From: Daphnia carinata
Lineage: Eukaryota
DNA length: 64,000 nucleotides
NCBI RefSeq assembly: GCF_022539665.2
Contig: NC_081333.1
Coordinates: 5,146,001-5,210,000, forward strand
Direction of reading: 5' to 3'
A program made the translations under genes and the position numbers. The notes under the pieces are model-generated. The model was not told where the DNA came from. It saw only the letters and a program-made list of their open reading frames with translations, and did no database searches. Shown here in pieces: positions 1 to 13,821 of the stretch (within the stretch, counting starts at the first letter, position 1; the number at the start of each line of letters is the position of its first letter).

Positions 1-1506
1 ATTGGCATCTTCTGTTGTTTCAGCACTATCAAGAGTCTCCCCAGGCAGAGAGTTGAACTCGTCGGCACGTCCAGTGGACACTTGCAAATCCCCGCCCACT
101 TCAAACTCAACTGGGGTGACTGGATCGCTAAAACTCTCAGTACCGCTTCTTTGTTTTGAACTCAATTGTTCGTCAAATCGTACATCTCGTCCGATCTTAA
201 CTTTACGATTAACTGGATCCCACAAGCGAAAGCCTTTTTGCGTATCTGCATAACCAACAAAACAACACTTGAGACTCTTGGATTCAAACTTGGAACGTTC
301 TTCTTTGGGCACATGTAAATATGCATCACATCCAAAAACTCTAAGATGGGAGAGATCCGGTTTGCTGTTGAACCAATGTTCATAAGGTGTCTTGTTAGGA
401 GTAGCTTTAGATGGGACACGGTTGAGAACATAATTGGCGCAATTGACTGCTTCAGCCCACATTTTTCGTGGCAAATTACATGTCAGCAACATGCTTCTAG
501 CAGATTCAACTATTGTCCGATTCTCTCTCTCCGAGACTCCGTTTTGTTCCGGTGTTCTTGCAATGCTGGTCTCATGCCGAATTCCATTTTCTTTAAGCCA
601 GGTATCAAGCTCTTGACTCATATACTCTCCACCATTATCGGAGCGAAATGTCACGACAGGATAGCCAGTAAGAGTCTTCATTCGGGTATATGAAGCTTTT
701 CTCCAACAATCTTCTTCACGATGGCCTGACTTGTGACCATTCTTTTTGCAGAAGCCACATGGCTTTCTTTGATCTCCATTTTCAGGCTTGTTGTAAGATT
801 TGTTTCCCTTAAAACTTGATTTTTCCTTCTGGTTTCGCGAGAAAAGAGCTGAATCACTTTTGTCAGCCGTTCCGAGTTCTTGAAACTGATGAAGAGTATC
901 TTCCGCTTGAAGTCTTGATGTTAATAATGCAACTGTTTTCTTGTTGCTTTCAACATTGTTCCATGCAGAATGAAAGTGCCTATAACTTGGTGGCAAAGTC
1001 ATGATAATCTTTCCAATTACTTGTTCTGGTGGCAATGAGATTCCAAGATCGCTTAAATCTGTTGCCATTGTTTCAATTGCAGTTATATGACTTGTAACGT
1101 TACCACCTTCTTCATATTCATATGCATAGAACTTCTGTAACAAGTAGTGCTTATTTTCTTCAGAATTTTGCTCGTGTTGAGATTTCAATCTGATCCACAT
1201 TTCACGAGCAGTTTTGCAATTAATCAGTGATCTTTGTGCCTGTTCTTCAATGGTGGAGACAATGAAGCAACGAGCTGAATTGTCCTTCTTGTTCCACAAC
1301 ATGATTTCTTTGTCTCGTGCAGCAATCAGAGCTGCATCACTGCCAGCAGGCAAAGGTGTTGGTTTTGTTGACTTACCAAGCACAATATCACACAACTCAT
1401 GTTGCTCTAGAATGAGGGTTATTTGAAACTTCCAAAATGAAAAATTTGTACCGTTAAATTTTGAAACATGAGACACATCATTTGAAGAAAACACTCCAGT
1501 TGCCAT
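1..1506 (-). CDS. Copia Gag fused in frame to the C-terminal part of integrase (internally deleted polyprotein), 3'-partial
   Basis: Manual translation from ATG 1506: MATGVFSSNDVSHVSKFNGTNFSFWKFQITLILEQHEL..., zinc knuckle CGFCKKNGHKSGHREEDC, then directly FRSDNGGEY...RTPEQNGVSERENRTIVESARSML...FVGY...RDVRFDE. No stop seen before position 1. Confidence 0.88.
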   Translation of the reverse strand, partial: MATGVFSSNDVSHVSKFNGTNFSFWKFQITLILEQHELCDIVLGKSTKPTPLPAGSDAALIAARDKEIMLWNKKDNSARCFIVSTIEEQAQRSLINCKTAREMWIRLKSQHEQNSEENKHYLLQKFYAYEYEEGGNVTSHITAIETMATDLSDLGISLPPEQVIGKIIMTLPPSYRHFHSAWNNVESNKKTVALLTSRLQAEDTLHQFQELGTADKSDSALFSRNQKEKSSFKGNKSYNKPENGDQRKPCGFCKKNGHKSGHREEDCWRKASYTRMKTLTGYPVVTFRSDNGGEYMSQELDTWLKENGIRHETSIARTPEQNGVSERENRTIVESARSMLLTCNLPRKMWAEAVNCANYVLNRVPSKATPNKTPYEHWFNSKPDLSHLRVFGCDAYLHVPKEERSKFESKSLKCCFVGYADTQKGFRLWDPVNRKVKIGRDVRFDEQLSSKQRSGTESFSDPVTPVEFEVGGDLQVSTGRADEFNSLPGETLDSAETTEDAN

Positions 1507-1795
1507 TTTTCTGTGAATAATATTTCTTAGTAGCTCTGTAGGTTAATTGACAGTACTCAAATGGCACTGGGCCCATAACCTGTTGCAATATTAAATTGAA
1601 TACTATAATACTTCACTTTGCAACAACTGAGTTTTGTATTTCCACGTGATGCTCCCTTTAGGTCACTCACTCATCAAAAACAGTACAGCCACACATGCTT
1701 AAAGGAAAAGGGATAAAAAGAACACAGTAACATCACTCTAGGTGTTGCTAAACGGCAACCTTGAGGTTTGCATAAAACATCGCAATATTTCAATA
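1..1795 (-). mobile_element. Ty1/Copia LTR retrotransposon, 5' part (LTR, PBS, gag-integrase), runs off the window edge
   Basis: LTR ~1581-1795 with imperfect terminal IR (tgttgcaatatt...aatatttcaata). PBS GGTTATGGGCCCAG (minus strand, 1567-1580) is typical of copia. A long ORF follows. Confidence 0.92.
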
Positions 1796-1935
1796 GTTAA
1801 TACACAGCCCCGTAGCTCGGGTAATGTTCTAATCATCATTTTGAATATTGCATTTAATTTCTTATGTGCTTGTTTCATAATTTAGCGATCGTACCGAGCC
1901 ATGTATGATTAAAATGCCGATGGTGACGACGATGT
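1796..1935 (+). pseudogene. Lasp: LASP/nebulin-type SH3 exon, 5' half (fragment)
   Basis: Intron gtaatg...tttag, then RSYRAMYD*NADGDDDV. The domain continues at 10551-10704. Confidence 0.7.
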
Positions 1936-1944
1936 TTGGGACCG

Positions 1945-3478
<1,534 letters not shown>

Positions 3479-4179
3479 AAAGAAACCCAAACGAATGCAA
3501 GGAAAGATGATAAAACATGTGGAGCAAAAACTGGCCAGCTGCCATCTGAACACATTCCATATAAATATGTTACACGGGGCTATGGGCATACAAACTATTG
3601 AATTAATATTCAAGTATTATAGATGTCAACTATTCCGACTTCCAGTGCCAACTAGGAAAACCGCCTTCTTCGGCCGTTAATTGTAATCGATTCGTCAGTG
3701 TTTCGTTCAACGCGGGCGCGTCTCTGATTATTTCGCGTAGAATGTCGATGAATACATTACGCATTTCAATGTATAAGACGTCAACCTACGTTTCAGTTCA
3801 ATCAAAAGGCAGTTGCCTCAAGTAAACAATGATTTACTTCTACCCAGAGCGTCAAGGCCTTTGCCAACACTGCAAAAACAATATGCACATGCCTCGCCAA
3901 CCAAATGATAAATTCTATGTGGCTTTTTGTGGCAACAAGAAAAGTAAATAGGGGTTTCGACAAAGAAGGACACAGCGGTTGGATGTGGACGGGCGGGATC
4001 GGGATGTGACGGGAAATCCTTGCAAAGTTAGATTATATTGCGCAAAGCGAGCATACAACAAGCAGTCTGACAACAGGCGTCTTTCTTAGGCGCGATCTCG
4101 AAATAGCTGATTGTCTTAAAATGCTAATCTTACGGTCATTTCCAAATTCCACACGTCATAAGCCCTCAATCTGTGTCAA

Positions 4180-7100
4180 ATGGTTAGTTCTCTTCTTCTT
4201 TCATGTGTGGCCTGGCAAAACCAAGTGGACGAAACTTCCGAATTTTTAAGATTGATACCTGAAACAGAGTGGCAGGTGATTACGCCTGGTTCACAGCTGG
4301 CGCTGATTTGCATCTGCCGAATAAGGAGAATGGGGTGGTTGCTACCGAATCATTTCAACAAAAATCGGGTATGCCACGACATTTTCGATCGGTCTTTACA
4401 ATCTACCATAGTTTTTATTCTAAAATATGTTTAATTGCTGCCTGATGCGGTAAAAGATACACACGAGATGCACACGAGATGCCTCTCGTGTGCTCAAAAC
4501 GTTTGACAAGAACGGAACGCATTTTTCTTTTAGATTAACTCTGAGAAACGCAACGATCGCAGACATCGGCAGTTACGGTTGTGCTGCGTCCAGGAGAACC
4601 TGGAATGGAATAATGAGAAAACAATACGTCTATGTTTCCAGTTTTTTGAATAACTGTTCGCAATTGGCCACCAATGGCCATCTTTAACGCTGTCTCATTC
4701 ATTAGCTGACAGCGATCTCGTGTTCTTCGACGGAATGTCATGGAACGTCCATTACAGATCCCAATCGGGTGTGCTTATTTTTGATGTTGCACAACATCCC
4801 TCTGGAATAATTCAACGAATAATTCACGAAACCATCATATTCAACGAACCCGAATTCGAAAAGAAGAATAACAGTATGCACCCAACGAGACATTTTCGAC
4901 ATAAACACATACTTGCAACCGCTAACACTTCGTTGCTGCCCACAGATCTCAATGCCCAATTCCAGATGGTCGTTCGATCCAGATCGTAGACTCGCGCGAA
5001 ATAATTCAAAGCTAAGCGACGCCGGAGAGTATTTTTGTGTAGGATCAAAAGGCAATATCACGCAAAAGAAAATGTTAGCATTAGACGTCATGGGTATTTT
5101 GTAGGCCAATAAGGTAGGGAAATTCTACTGACATTAAACAAATGATGTTTCGATCACTATGAGTATAGCTGGAAAGAGTGGGCGATCCTAGTGATCCACG
5201 TGAAGGTGAAAACGTCACATTAGTTTGTCGCTGCATAAGCACCCCCCCCTCCTTTGGCTGGATTGGTTCTACCGAAACAGTAGTACTGGGAACTTGCAAA
5301 TTATAGATGAAAACAACCATACAAAAGGTAGTAAGAAAAAAACAAATGTTTTGATGCACAAAAAGTTTTGCATTTAAAAGTACGCAAGTTGTGCAGTAAC
5401 GTCTAAATTGTTCATAACGTTAGACTTTGAAATAGTGACGTATAGCACATATACGGGGAGCGTTTTTGCTAAATTTTACACGAAAAATAATTTGCGCATC
5501 GTCGGAATTCATCTGAACGCGGCTTCAGCATTTCAATGTGCAAACAAACTTTGGAGTCCAGATTAATTAAACGAATTTCTTTTCGAATTTTGGGTATTAA
5601 TCTAGTTTTATTATCCATAAGCGCAACATATTGAAATTTAAAAACGTTTACTTGCAGAAGCAATCAGCGATCCCATAGATAACTTGGTCACAATAGAAAA
5701 AGATACAGCTCAGAATCTAAGTTGCCGACGGCCACCAATCAGAAATCACATCCAATATGGCTCAAGGAAAATTCTCTTAACAAGCATGTACACTAACCAT
5801 AATCACACGGTATTTCTAGGACGGACGATCATTTGACTCAGATCAAATACTTTTGACACACAATTTCTCCATAATGTCACCTAAAGGAACTCGGGAAGAA
5901 ATCGGTAAATACACGTGTCAATGGGAAAACAGCATCGGTGAAGTGCGGTATAGGAATTTTACCGTGAACTTCTTCAATGACACGCCGACGGAAAACCTGG
6001 ACAAGACGACCATCCTCCTAACTATTATTTTATCGATTTTATTTCTGATTGGAGTTGGGATCGGCATTAAATTGTATTTAGATCGGGTGAGCCAAATTCA
6101 TTTAAAAACAGTAATTCAGTTTTAAAAAGTGTGCCATTGACATTTTTCATTGGCAAAAAAAAAGAGAAGAAAAAATCGTTTGTAGGCGCAGAAAAATTAC
6201 TGAGCGGAAAGACCAGTGAAATCAATGCCGACATTCCCGCAGAATATCGAATTGAATTTTTATCCTTCGACAAACAATGGGAATTTCCGAGACATCGCCT
6301 CAAACTTGGTTCGTTACGTATTCAGTCCCTTTCTGTATCAAGTTAAATCGGCGAACACACGCATTTAAAGGGAATCAACTGGGGGCGGGATGTTTCGGTC
6401 GGGTTGTGAAAGCGAAAGCTGTTGGGCTAAAAGACTCGGATGAAAATGTTAAAACGGTGGCAGTTAAAATGATCAGCAACTAACGCTGCCGAAAGGAAGC
6501 TTTAGTCAGAGAGTTGAAAATCTTGATCTACATTGTTGGATCGCACATTAATGTTGTCAATTTACTGGGAGCCTGCACAAAAAGAATATCCACAGGCTTG
6601 TGGGATTTCTGTATGAAGTAGCGAAAGAAAAAAAAAACGTTTTCTATGTTTCAACTGTTACAGGAGAATTCTTGATCATCATTGATTACTGTCGATTCGG
6701 AAATGTGCTAACCTATTTGAAGGACTGTCGAGATAATTTTCTCAATCAAGCGGACAAGTACGGACAGCAGAAAAACGAAATGGAAGTCCAATCGACAGAT
6801 GTGCCAGAGTGCACTTCATACGACACAGACAAAACTGCAAGGACATCGATTTCATGTAAGTGACGACATGAGTAATAAATCGACTGAAACTTTACTTGTC
6901 TCCTCGTGTTCCTCGTCTCTGTCGAATTGCACACATAACTTTTCTCGCAACAAGATCCAAAATTCTATTTCAAATCAACGCATTTCTGCAAGGGATTTAA
7001 TATCCTGGTCTTATCAGATAGTTCGCGGGATGGATTATTTAGCCAGCAAAAATCTATTATTTTACAATCTGTGTTAGTTTTTGTTTAAAGAACTTTATGT

Positions 7101-7308
7101 ATCCCGTGAAATCAAGGTAATCCACGGAGATTTAGCTGCTCGTAATATTTCTGTTGGCTGACAATGGAGTGGTCAAAGTATCAGATTTCGAAATGGCCAA
7201 GAAAATGTACTACAAAAGCAATTATGTGAAAGAGGGGCAGGTATTGTGCTAAACAGATTTGAACGCGACCACTGACGGAATTTTCAATATTGACAGTACC
7301 TGATGCCA
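4180..7308 (+). pseudogene. Pvr: PVR/VEGFR-like receptor tyrosine kinase (Ig domains, TM, split kinase), disrupted and 3'-truncated
   Basis: Ig motifs (DIGSYGC, DAGEYFC, EIGKYTCQW), TM TILLTIILSILFLIGVGIGIKLYL, WEFPRHRLKLG, LGAGCFGRVVKA, VAVKM, HGDLAARN. Several stops and frameshifts. Breaks after YLMP at ~7308. Confidence 0.9.
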
Positions 7309-8032
7309 GGTACACTGTAGTACCACAGCAATTGCCTTCAACCTATATAACGCAAAAATAGTTTCGTTTTTTCCCGTTCAATTGTTCAAAGCTCTTTTCG
7401 TGTAAAAAAAACATATTGTTTGCTGCCTCTAGACATTTTTTAGTTCCCAGATGGATGAAGGTACGTAAGAAATACTATTCAAGTAACATTGAATCTCGAA
7501 GCTATTGGGGTGAGATTGTTTAGAGAAAATGTGGATCACCTTTATGGCACCCTACCTGCGATCCTACTCGAAATCTCTGTTGTAAAGAAATAGTAACTAG
7601 CAAAGGAAACTAACAGGGTGAACCACATTTGAGGAAAAGAACAGAAACACTTCACTCACATTTACCAAGTACCTTTGAATAGTAGATGATTAGCAAGAAA
7701 ATTACCTCCCAGAAATCCGTGCCATTAATCCCAAGCGCACGGTTCCTAACCGTGATACAGCCCCGCGGTTGTTCTAAATCGCCAGATGTGAAGAAACCAA
7801 CAACAATTTTACACCATGCATATCTAATGTAATACACCGGCGTTCTATATCGGATCTCATTTCCAACTAATCGAACTTCTGGCCATACAACCTTTCTCTG
7901 GAAATTACCCAGTGCAAAATAGATATCTGCCATGAAACCAATCATAGTAACTTTATTATCCATGAACCGAAACCCTCCACCCTACACCCCAAAAGCCATT
8001 CGCTCCTGAACGGCTCGTTGCGCAAAAAAATT

Positions 8033-9300
8033 TTAAATCCTCCTGCGAGTGTCTGCAATCCATCCAAGATAATTGGTGACGCGGGTATACGCTCCAGCGT
8101 ATCTAGGATGGGCACACCCTCTGCCAAAACTGGTAATACCTACTTGATGTCCGGCATAGAGCAATGGACCGCCACCATCACCCTGAAAATTAATGTTACA
8201 GAATTAGTCGAGAAACAAAGTTTGGTCCAAACACTAGACAAGAACAAAAAAAATCGACAGACCTTACAAGTGTCCTTCCCAGCAGCAGCAGCACACACCG
8301 TTTTCACCAGGGTAAAACGCACTCGATATAACCAATCCAAATAGAGCCCTTCCATACCGTTTACGAAACTCGGTTCTCGAGGACGTAAACCGTTGCTTTA
8401 AGCAACGTAGTGGACCCACCTCCACGTACGGACGGCAAAACGGCGAAGCAAACTCCTCACAACAAACGACACCACATGTAAACCGGAAATTACCTAAAAA
8501 ATACAACACCAGAGGACGTAGTACTACAAGCGCCACAACCGTACTTTGGCCCTCATACGACGTGCCCGCGTCGGAGAATAACGGAAGCGGAACAGACACG
8601 ACATTGTTAACAGGCGCACTCAAAGCCATCATGACAATGCCCTTTCGCTGTAATTGAATTAGAATGAAGCTATTAACTAGGAATATTAAAACCCCTCTAC
8701 TCCTAACATACGAATACTTGTCCTTGATGCGGAGTTGTACGAGGGATGCACAAGGAACCTCGCCAGTCCTCATCTTAGCACCGGCCCCGCCGTTTGCAGC
8801 TAATGTGTTTAAGGTCACTTGTCACGAGCCCGTGGGCGAAGCAGGTACGCTACGAAAAAAATACAAAATACAAAATTTAACACAAACAAAATTTTGCATC
8901 ACCAATTACTAAACCACTCACACTAAACCAGAATCAACGATTGTAAGCTGATTAGAATTGCGTGCAAGTTACGGAGGGGTTTCAATTTTCAGGGAAAAGC
9001 GAGGTGGCAAAAAAATCCCCACTTTACTAGAGAATGAGCAGCCGTCAAAATGAAAGAAGGCCTAACCAAAGTCCCAACGCTGAAATCATTCCAACTAATT
9101 TGCATCACGAACAGCATTGTGATTAGCATCAGAATTTACCGCCCACCCTAAACAGAAATTCCCCAGCAGAAGCCTGCGTCCCACCAACGATTTGATCAAT
9201 TTCTTCAGTACCTCCCATTAAAAATAAACATTAAACACGACGAATATAAGAAACGGCAACAGTGAGAGGGCACTCACCATTGTTTAGGCTTCGTCCGGAA
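8033..9300 (-). pseudogene. Trypsin-like serine protease homolog, degenerate
   Basis: [73 protein letters not shown]. Frameshifts present. Catalytic GDSGGP reads GDGGGP. Confidence 0.85.
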
Positions 9301-10130
9301 ACGGAATTCGAATAAACGCATCTGAAAACGCAAATCAACAAAATACTCGATAGAAAAAAAGAAAATTCCAGTACGTAAACGGTCCATCAGTGCCAGCAAG
9401 AAAAAAACATAAATTTACCTTAGCTGTTGAACGCATGGCAAATATTACGCGTTGCGAAACGTTGCTTAAGCTTCGATGAACTAGCGATGCCAATCAACTG
9501 TGTTCGAGGTCGCCCCCAGGTACGTTTTTTAAATCACATCCCCCAATACAATTGCGCCAAAACTTTTGTTGCAGCATAAGACGTGCAACAGCTTTCACTA
9601 GAACAAATTCAAATACAGTTGGGTACAACACATAAGAAACATTCAATTACGAGAAACATATGCGCGTCAAAATCAATACCAATTAAAGAGTGTGGCTGAC
9701 GAGACAAGTTCCAGTTTTCAATAAACTCAGATGGTGATCGGGAAAGATACACACCTGCCCATCTGTGCATCAGTTCAGCTGGTCACGACGAAGTACATAA
9801 AAATTTTCTTTCATCTACACACGAAGAGTAGGATTAAATTAGTTAAAAGAACATCAATTAAAGTCTACCTTAAACTCTGCAATAAATAGGAACATAAGAC
9901 AAACCTCTTTGAACTGCTCTGAACGACTGAAGACAAAGGGCACCACAGGTCGGTATTTAAACGCTTATTAAAAAGGGGTTCCGGAAACCAAATGTGTAGT
10001 GTAGCTTGACATTTGATAAACACTTATAAAAATATAACACTTACGAGCAGCTGTTGTCATTTAAAGTACGGACGCCATCTGTTAGTTGTTGGCTTGCAAT
10101 GATTTTTAGTTATGGTTCTATAGCTGCATT

Positions 10131-10368
10131 ATGGGTATAGATAGTCTCATGATAAAATTTAGATGTTCCTGCTGGAATTTATTTCCATGGAGAAAAAGTG
10201 TCTGGAGTAGTTCACATCTCAAATGTAACAGCAAAATACTGAAAGGTTTTGAACTATATCATTTTAAATTTCACTTCTTATTACACTTCTTTTAACTTTG
10301 GTAGGAATGTACCTGGAATGTCAAGGTTATTCAAAATTCTGTTTCAATGAATTCGAAGACCTCAGGAG
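10131..10368 (+). pseudogene. Arrestin-domain-containing protein, N-terminal two-exon fragment
   Basis: MGIDSLMIK-LDVPAGIYFHGEKVSGVVHISNV...K|GMYLECQGYSKFCFNE resembles an alpha-arrestin N-terminus. Frameshifted. Confidence 0.6.
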
Positions 10369-10369
10369 G

Positions 10370-10545
10370 GAGTCCGGTCACAGTGGCGTAGGCTAATCCT
10401 TGTGGAATTACTGTTACTCCGACGGTAATTCCGGCCACAATATCAGCTACAAAGTCTTGTGCAGAGTATTTGGGAAGCCATTTCAGTTATTGGGATCCGC
10501 ATGTACAATGTTTTCTTGCGGAAAACTCGCTGTTTTCGTTTATTC
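10370..10545 (-). pseudogene. SLC26A11: SLC26A11-like sulfate/anion transporter, N-terminal exon fragment
   Basis: KKTLYMRIPIT-KWLPKYSAQDFVADIVAGITVGVTVIPQGLAYATVTGLP (SLC26 signature). Confidence 0.82.
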
Positions 10546-10550
10546 CACCC

Positions 10551-10704
10551 ATTAAATTCCGATGGTGACGACGATGTCTCCTTTCACGATGGCGGTGTTA
10601 TAGTCGATTGCAAACCGATCAATGAGGGATGGATGATGGGCACAGTCCCGAGGACAGTCCGACCCGGATTGGTACCGGCAAACTACATCGAACCTATCAA
10701 CTAA
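10551..10704 (+). pseudogene. Lasp: LASP/nebulin-type SH3 exon, 3' half with stop
   Basis: DGDDDVSFHDGGVIVDCKPINEGWMMGTVPRTVRPGLVPANYIEPIN* matches a C-terminal LASP-type SH3. Confidence 0.8.
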
Positions 10705-10757
10705 TGTTTTCGTTCTTTTTTGCCCTTACCCCTGATCCTTTGGATATCTGTCTTCTT

Positions 10758-10987
10758 TCCTCCTTGTGTCGAAAACCCTAGAAACCATCGTCCTTCCTGC
10801 ACGCAACACATTCAAATTTCGGTTTGTTTTGTTTATGTATTTCATTTTTTGTATTTTGATTGTCAATAATAAAATTTAATAATAATAATTTTTTTTCCAT
10901 TTCAACAGAATTCCCGCAGCGAACACATCCGATACCTGTTGATATTTAGTCTTGATCTTCAAATTACAATATTGCACTAAAAAAAAG
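10758..10987 (+). repeat. Dispersed ~225-bp repeat, copy 1 (copy 2 at 48068-48287)
   Basis: Shared blocks cgcaacacattcaaatttcggtttg, aatttaataataataattt, aacacatccgatacctg and ttgcactaaaaaaaa. Confidence 0.85.
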
Positions 10988-12294
10988 GGCTTCATCGCAC
11001 ATCCGCTCGTTTGTCTTGATTTTCACCAGTTTGTAGGGGAAAATGGATGTCCTGCGATGACAACGCCATGTCTACGTTGGAATTTCAGTATTAACAACAA
11101 ATGCCAAAACAACTAATGGCGATCCTACATTGGCTTCAACTCATATTTTCACGGCACAACTTGCAATAACACCCAACCAATGCATGGACGCACTGGTGCC
11201 AATATCGGCCGCCAGTTGATATGGAGTATTCTTGCATGTCATTAACCGTGCGTGATGCCACGCCCTAATTCATGAATGCTACATAATAATTGAAAATTTG
11301 AAACATTTAATTAAGTTTTTTGTTTTATAAGTACTTGGATGTTATTTATCACTATTTTCTTGATACAGTTCATTTATTACATTGTACAATAGTTTCGCCG
11401 AATTTAAATGGGAGTTGTTTTATGACGGAAAATGCACGATAACGTTAGCAACGTGGTTTGGTGCCGTAATTCACGGTATATAATAGATGCGTGAGTACCT
11501 TCACGTAGCAGCACTTGAACAATGACTGGGTATGGCACGCTCCCAATAATGGGATTATGGAATACTAGTAACCAAGAGTCTGTAAGCAATTACAACTCGA
11601 AACGTCAAGCGTTGGTATGGGATGGGCCCACCATTCCAATGCAAAATTGAATAGAGATGTAAGAGCTATCAGCTGATGTCAGGATGGATCGAATCAATAG
11701 CTGTACTGTATGATTCAGTCCATCCTGGCAGGTCTGGAGGTTACGAATAGTGTGTCAGTTCAAGTGCTTTGCGCAACCTTTTTGGCTATTTTCCCTATAA
11801 CTAAAATCAAAACTGGCAAACCGATACTGATATCTCTGCCGAATATTTTGAGCATTCCATAACATAGAAATTTTATATTGGAAGTAATAATTGCCATTAG
11901 CGGTGTATATGCAACCTGAAAAAAATGTAAACTGCTATTCAATTACAAATGATGGAAAATGGATTTTCACCACACAAACGAAACAATGCCTATGAACTAA
12001 CGCATTGAATCAATGGGACTCTATGCTAGGTAACCGAGTATGGCGTATTTAGTGATATAGTTCTTACTAATCCTAAGGAATAATAGTGCTCAGAAATGAC
12101 AATAAAATTTAAATCGCCTTCATCCACTTTATGCGATGCAGAATAAAACAAATGGATTTGGTAACGGCATTATAAAGCTGTATTCAAAATTTCATTTATA
12201 AACCACATTCTTATTATAACGACTAGTTAACGCATAAATACATGGCAGGGAAATACTCATTTTGGAACGAGGGCAGCAAATGATAAAACAAGAT

Positions 12295-12962
12295 CTAATT
12301 ATCTTTAACTATTGAGCTTGAGGGACAACGCAATTTGTACCTGTAAGTAGTGTAGGACTCTGGCGCTTTTGTTGTGTAGTAGTGGGGGGCTTCAGTCTGG
12401 TAGTAGCTTGGAGCTGCGTAGTACTTCGTTGCCTCAGTGTAGTAGCTGGGAGTAGCACAGGTTGTTGTATAGTATGTTGAAGCTTTAGTGTAGTAGCTTG
12501 GTGCAGCATACGGTGCGGTGTAGTACTCGTCGGCCTTTGTAGTGTAGTATTGGGGAGCATCAGTGTAGTACGTTGGAGCTGCGCAAGTTGTGGTGTAGTA
12601 CTTGAAGGGCACTGTATAGCAGCCTGGTGCAGCATACGTTGTGGTGTATTCAGGAGCCTTTGTAGAGTAGTATTGCGGAGCCTCAGTATAGTAAGCTGGA
12701 ACAGCATACGTGGTAGTAAAGTATTCAGCAGCCTTTGTGATGTAGTAGCTAGGTTCCACGTAGTACGAAGGAGCAGCCGTTGTGTAATAACTTGGTGCAG
12801 CATAGGACTTCGGGGCTTCAGTATAGTACGTCGGCTCAGGGTGGTAAGATGGGGCAGCTTGTGGTGTAGTACGTTGGAGCTACGTAGTACTTTTAGGACA
12901 CTGTACACGTTCAGATTTCCAGCCATACTGTTACTGCAGGTAGGCAGGGACTGCTTTCGTCT
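12295..12962 (-). pseudogene. Tyr/Thr/Ala/Pro-rich repeat protein (YYTEAPKYY / YTTKAPEY type), frameshifted
   Basis: 154-aa ORF of YYTEAPQYYSTKAPEYTTTYAAP repeats. The repeats continue upstream in shifted frames. Confidence 0.8.
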
Positions 12963-13821
12963 AGATTGGATAAAAAGGCTTCAAAAACTCCTCTAAATTA
13001 ATATCACATATTGCCTAAACAAAATGAATCCTATTATGTTTACCATCAGAACAATATGTAACCTATAGATTCAGCCAAATTAATAAACCTATATAAAGTC
13101 CTACATTCTGTATATGAACCACAAATACATTTATTTTGTCCTTCGTTTTACTCCAAGGTGAACGATCTTTGACGAAGTAGGAAAATTTTGTCTGTTTACT
13201 CATCTCGAGCTCTGGGGCTAACGGCAATGTGTTCTAGCTTTAACATGGATCCTTCTTCATTTTTGCTGCAATTTGTAGCAAAACTATTTTCATTGTGACT
13301 GCATGGGTTCTGTACTTCCCTTTAAATACATTTCCAATGCGACCAACACCTAGTTCTACGCGGTTAGCGTCGATCTAAATTTTTCTTTCGAATTTCCCGC
13401 CATGTTTTCGATACAAAAAAAGCTGTTAGTTGCAAAACGTCCAGGATAGATTGAATGCAGGAACATGGCAATTTTGCGATTCATTTGCTTCGAGTTCCTT
13501 GGCAAACGCGTAACGCGTTTGGACGATAACGTTTAAATCTTTAATCACCGGACGACGGCACTACAACCTGATATCTTTTGGTGAAGCTTATCAGCAAAGA
13601 ACCGTTTTTGTTCGTCTCACACGGTTGCGTATAGGATTTTTATCTCTGCTGATAATCAAGGTCAGTAGATATGAGCGCGTTACGGTCACCTGAAGGCGTC
13701 GGCGATTTTGCCAAGGATTGGAAGAAAATTATCGCAACAGCGCCATTCGGAAACTGTCTTGTATCCTTTCAGCTATCTTGGCTATTCCACAGTTAACTGT
13801 TTATTTTTGTATGTTGGAAAA

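Noticed and set aside
346..1426. Plus-strand ORFs (346-693, 816-1004, 1214-1426)
   Set aside because: Antisense shadows of the Copia ORF.
7652..7963. 103-aa minus ORF, considered as a viral or capsid-like gene
   Set aside because: No recognisable motif. The neighbouring ORFs resolve as a trypsin-like pseudogene.
11000..11950. Exon-like minus-strand sequence
   Set aside because: Stops in all frames and no family could be assigned.
12309..12996. 205-aa and 148-aa ORFs over the Tyr/Thr repeat
   Set aside because: Alternative-frame and antisense artefacts of a repetitive coding sequence.
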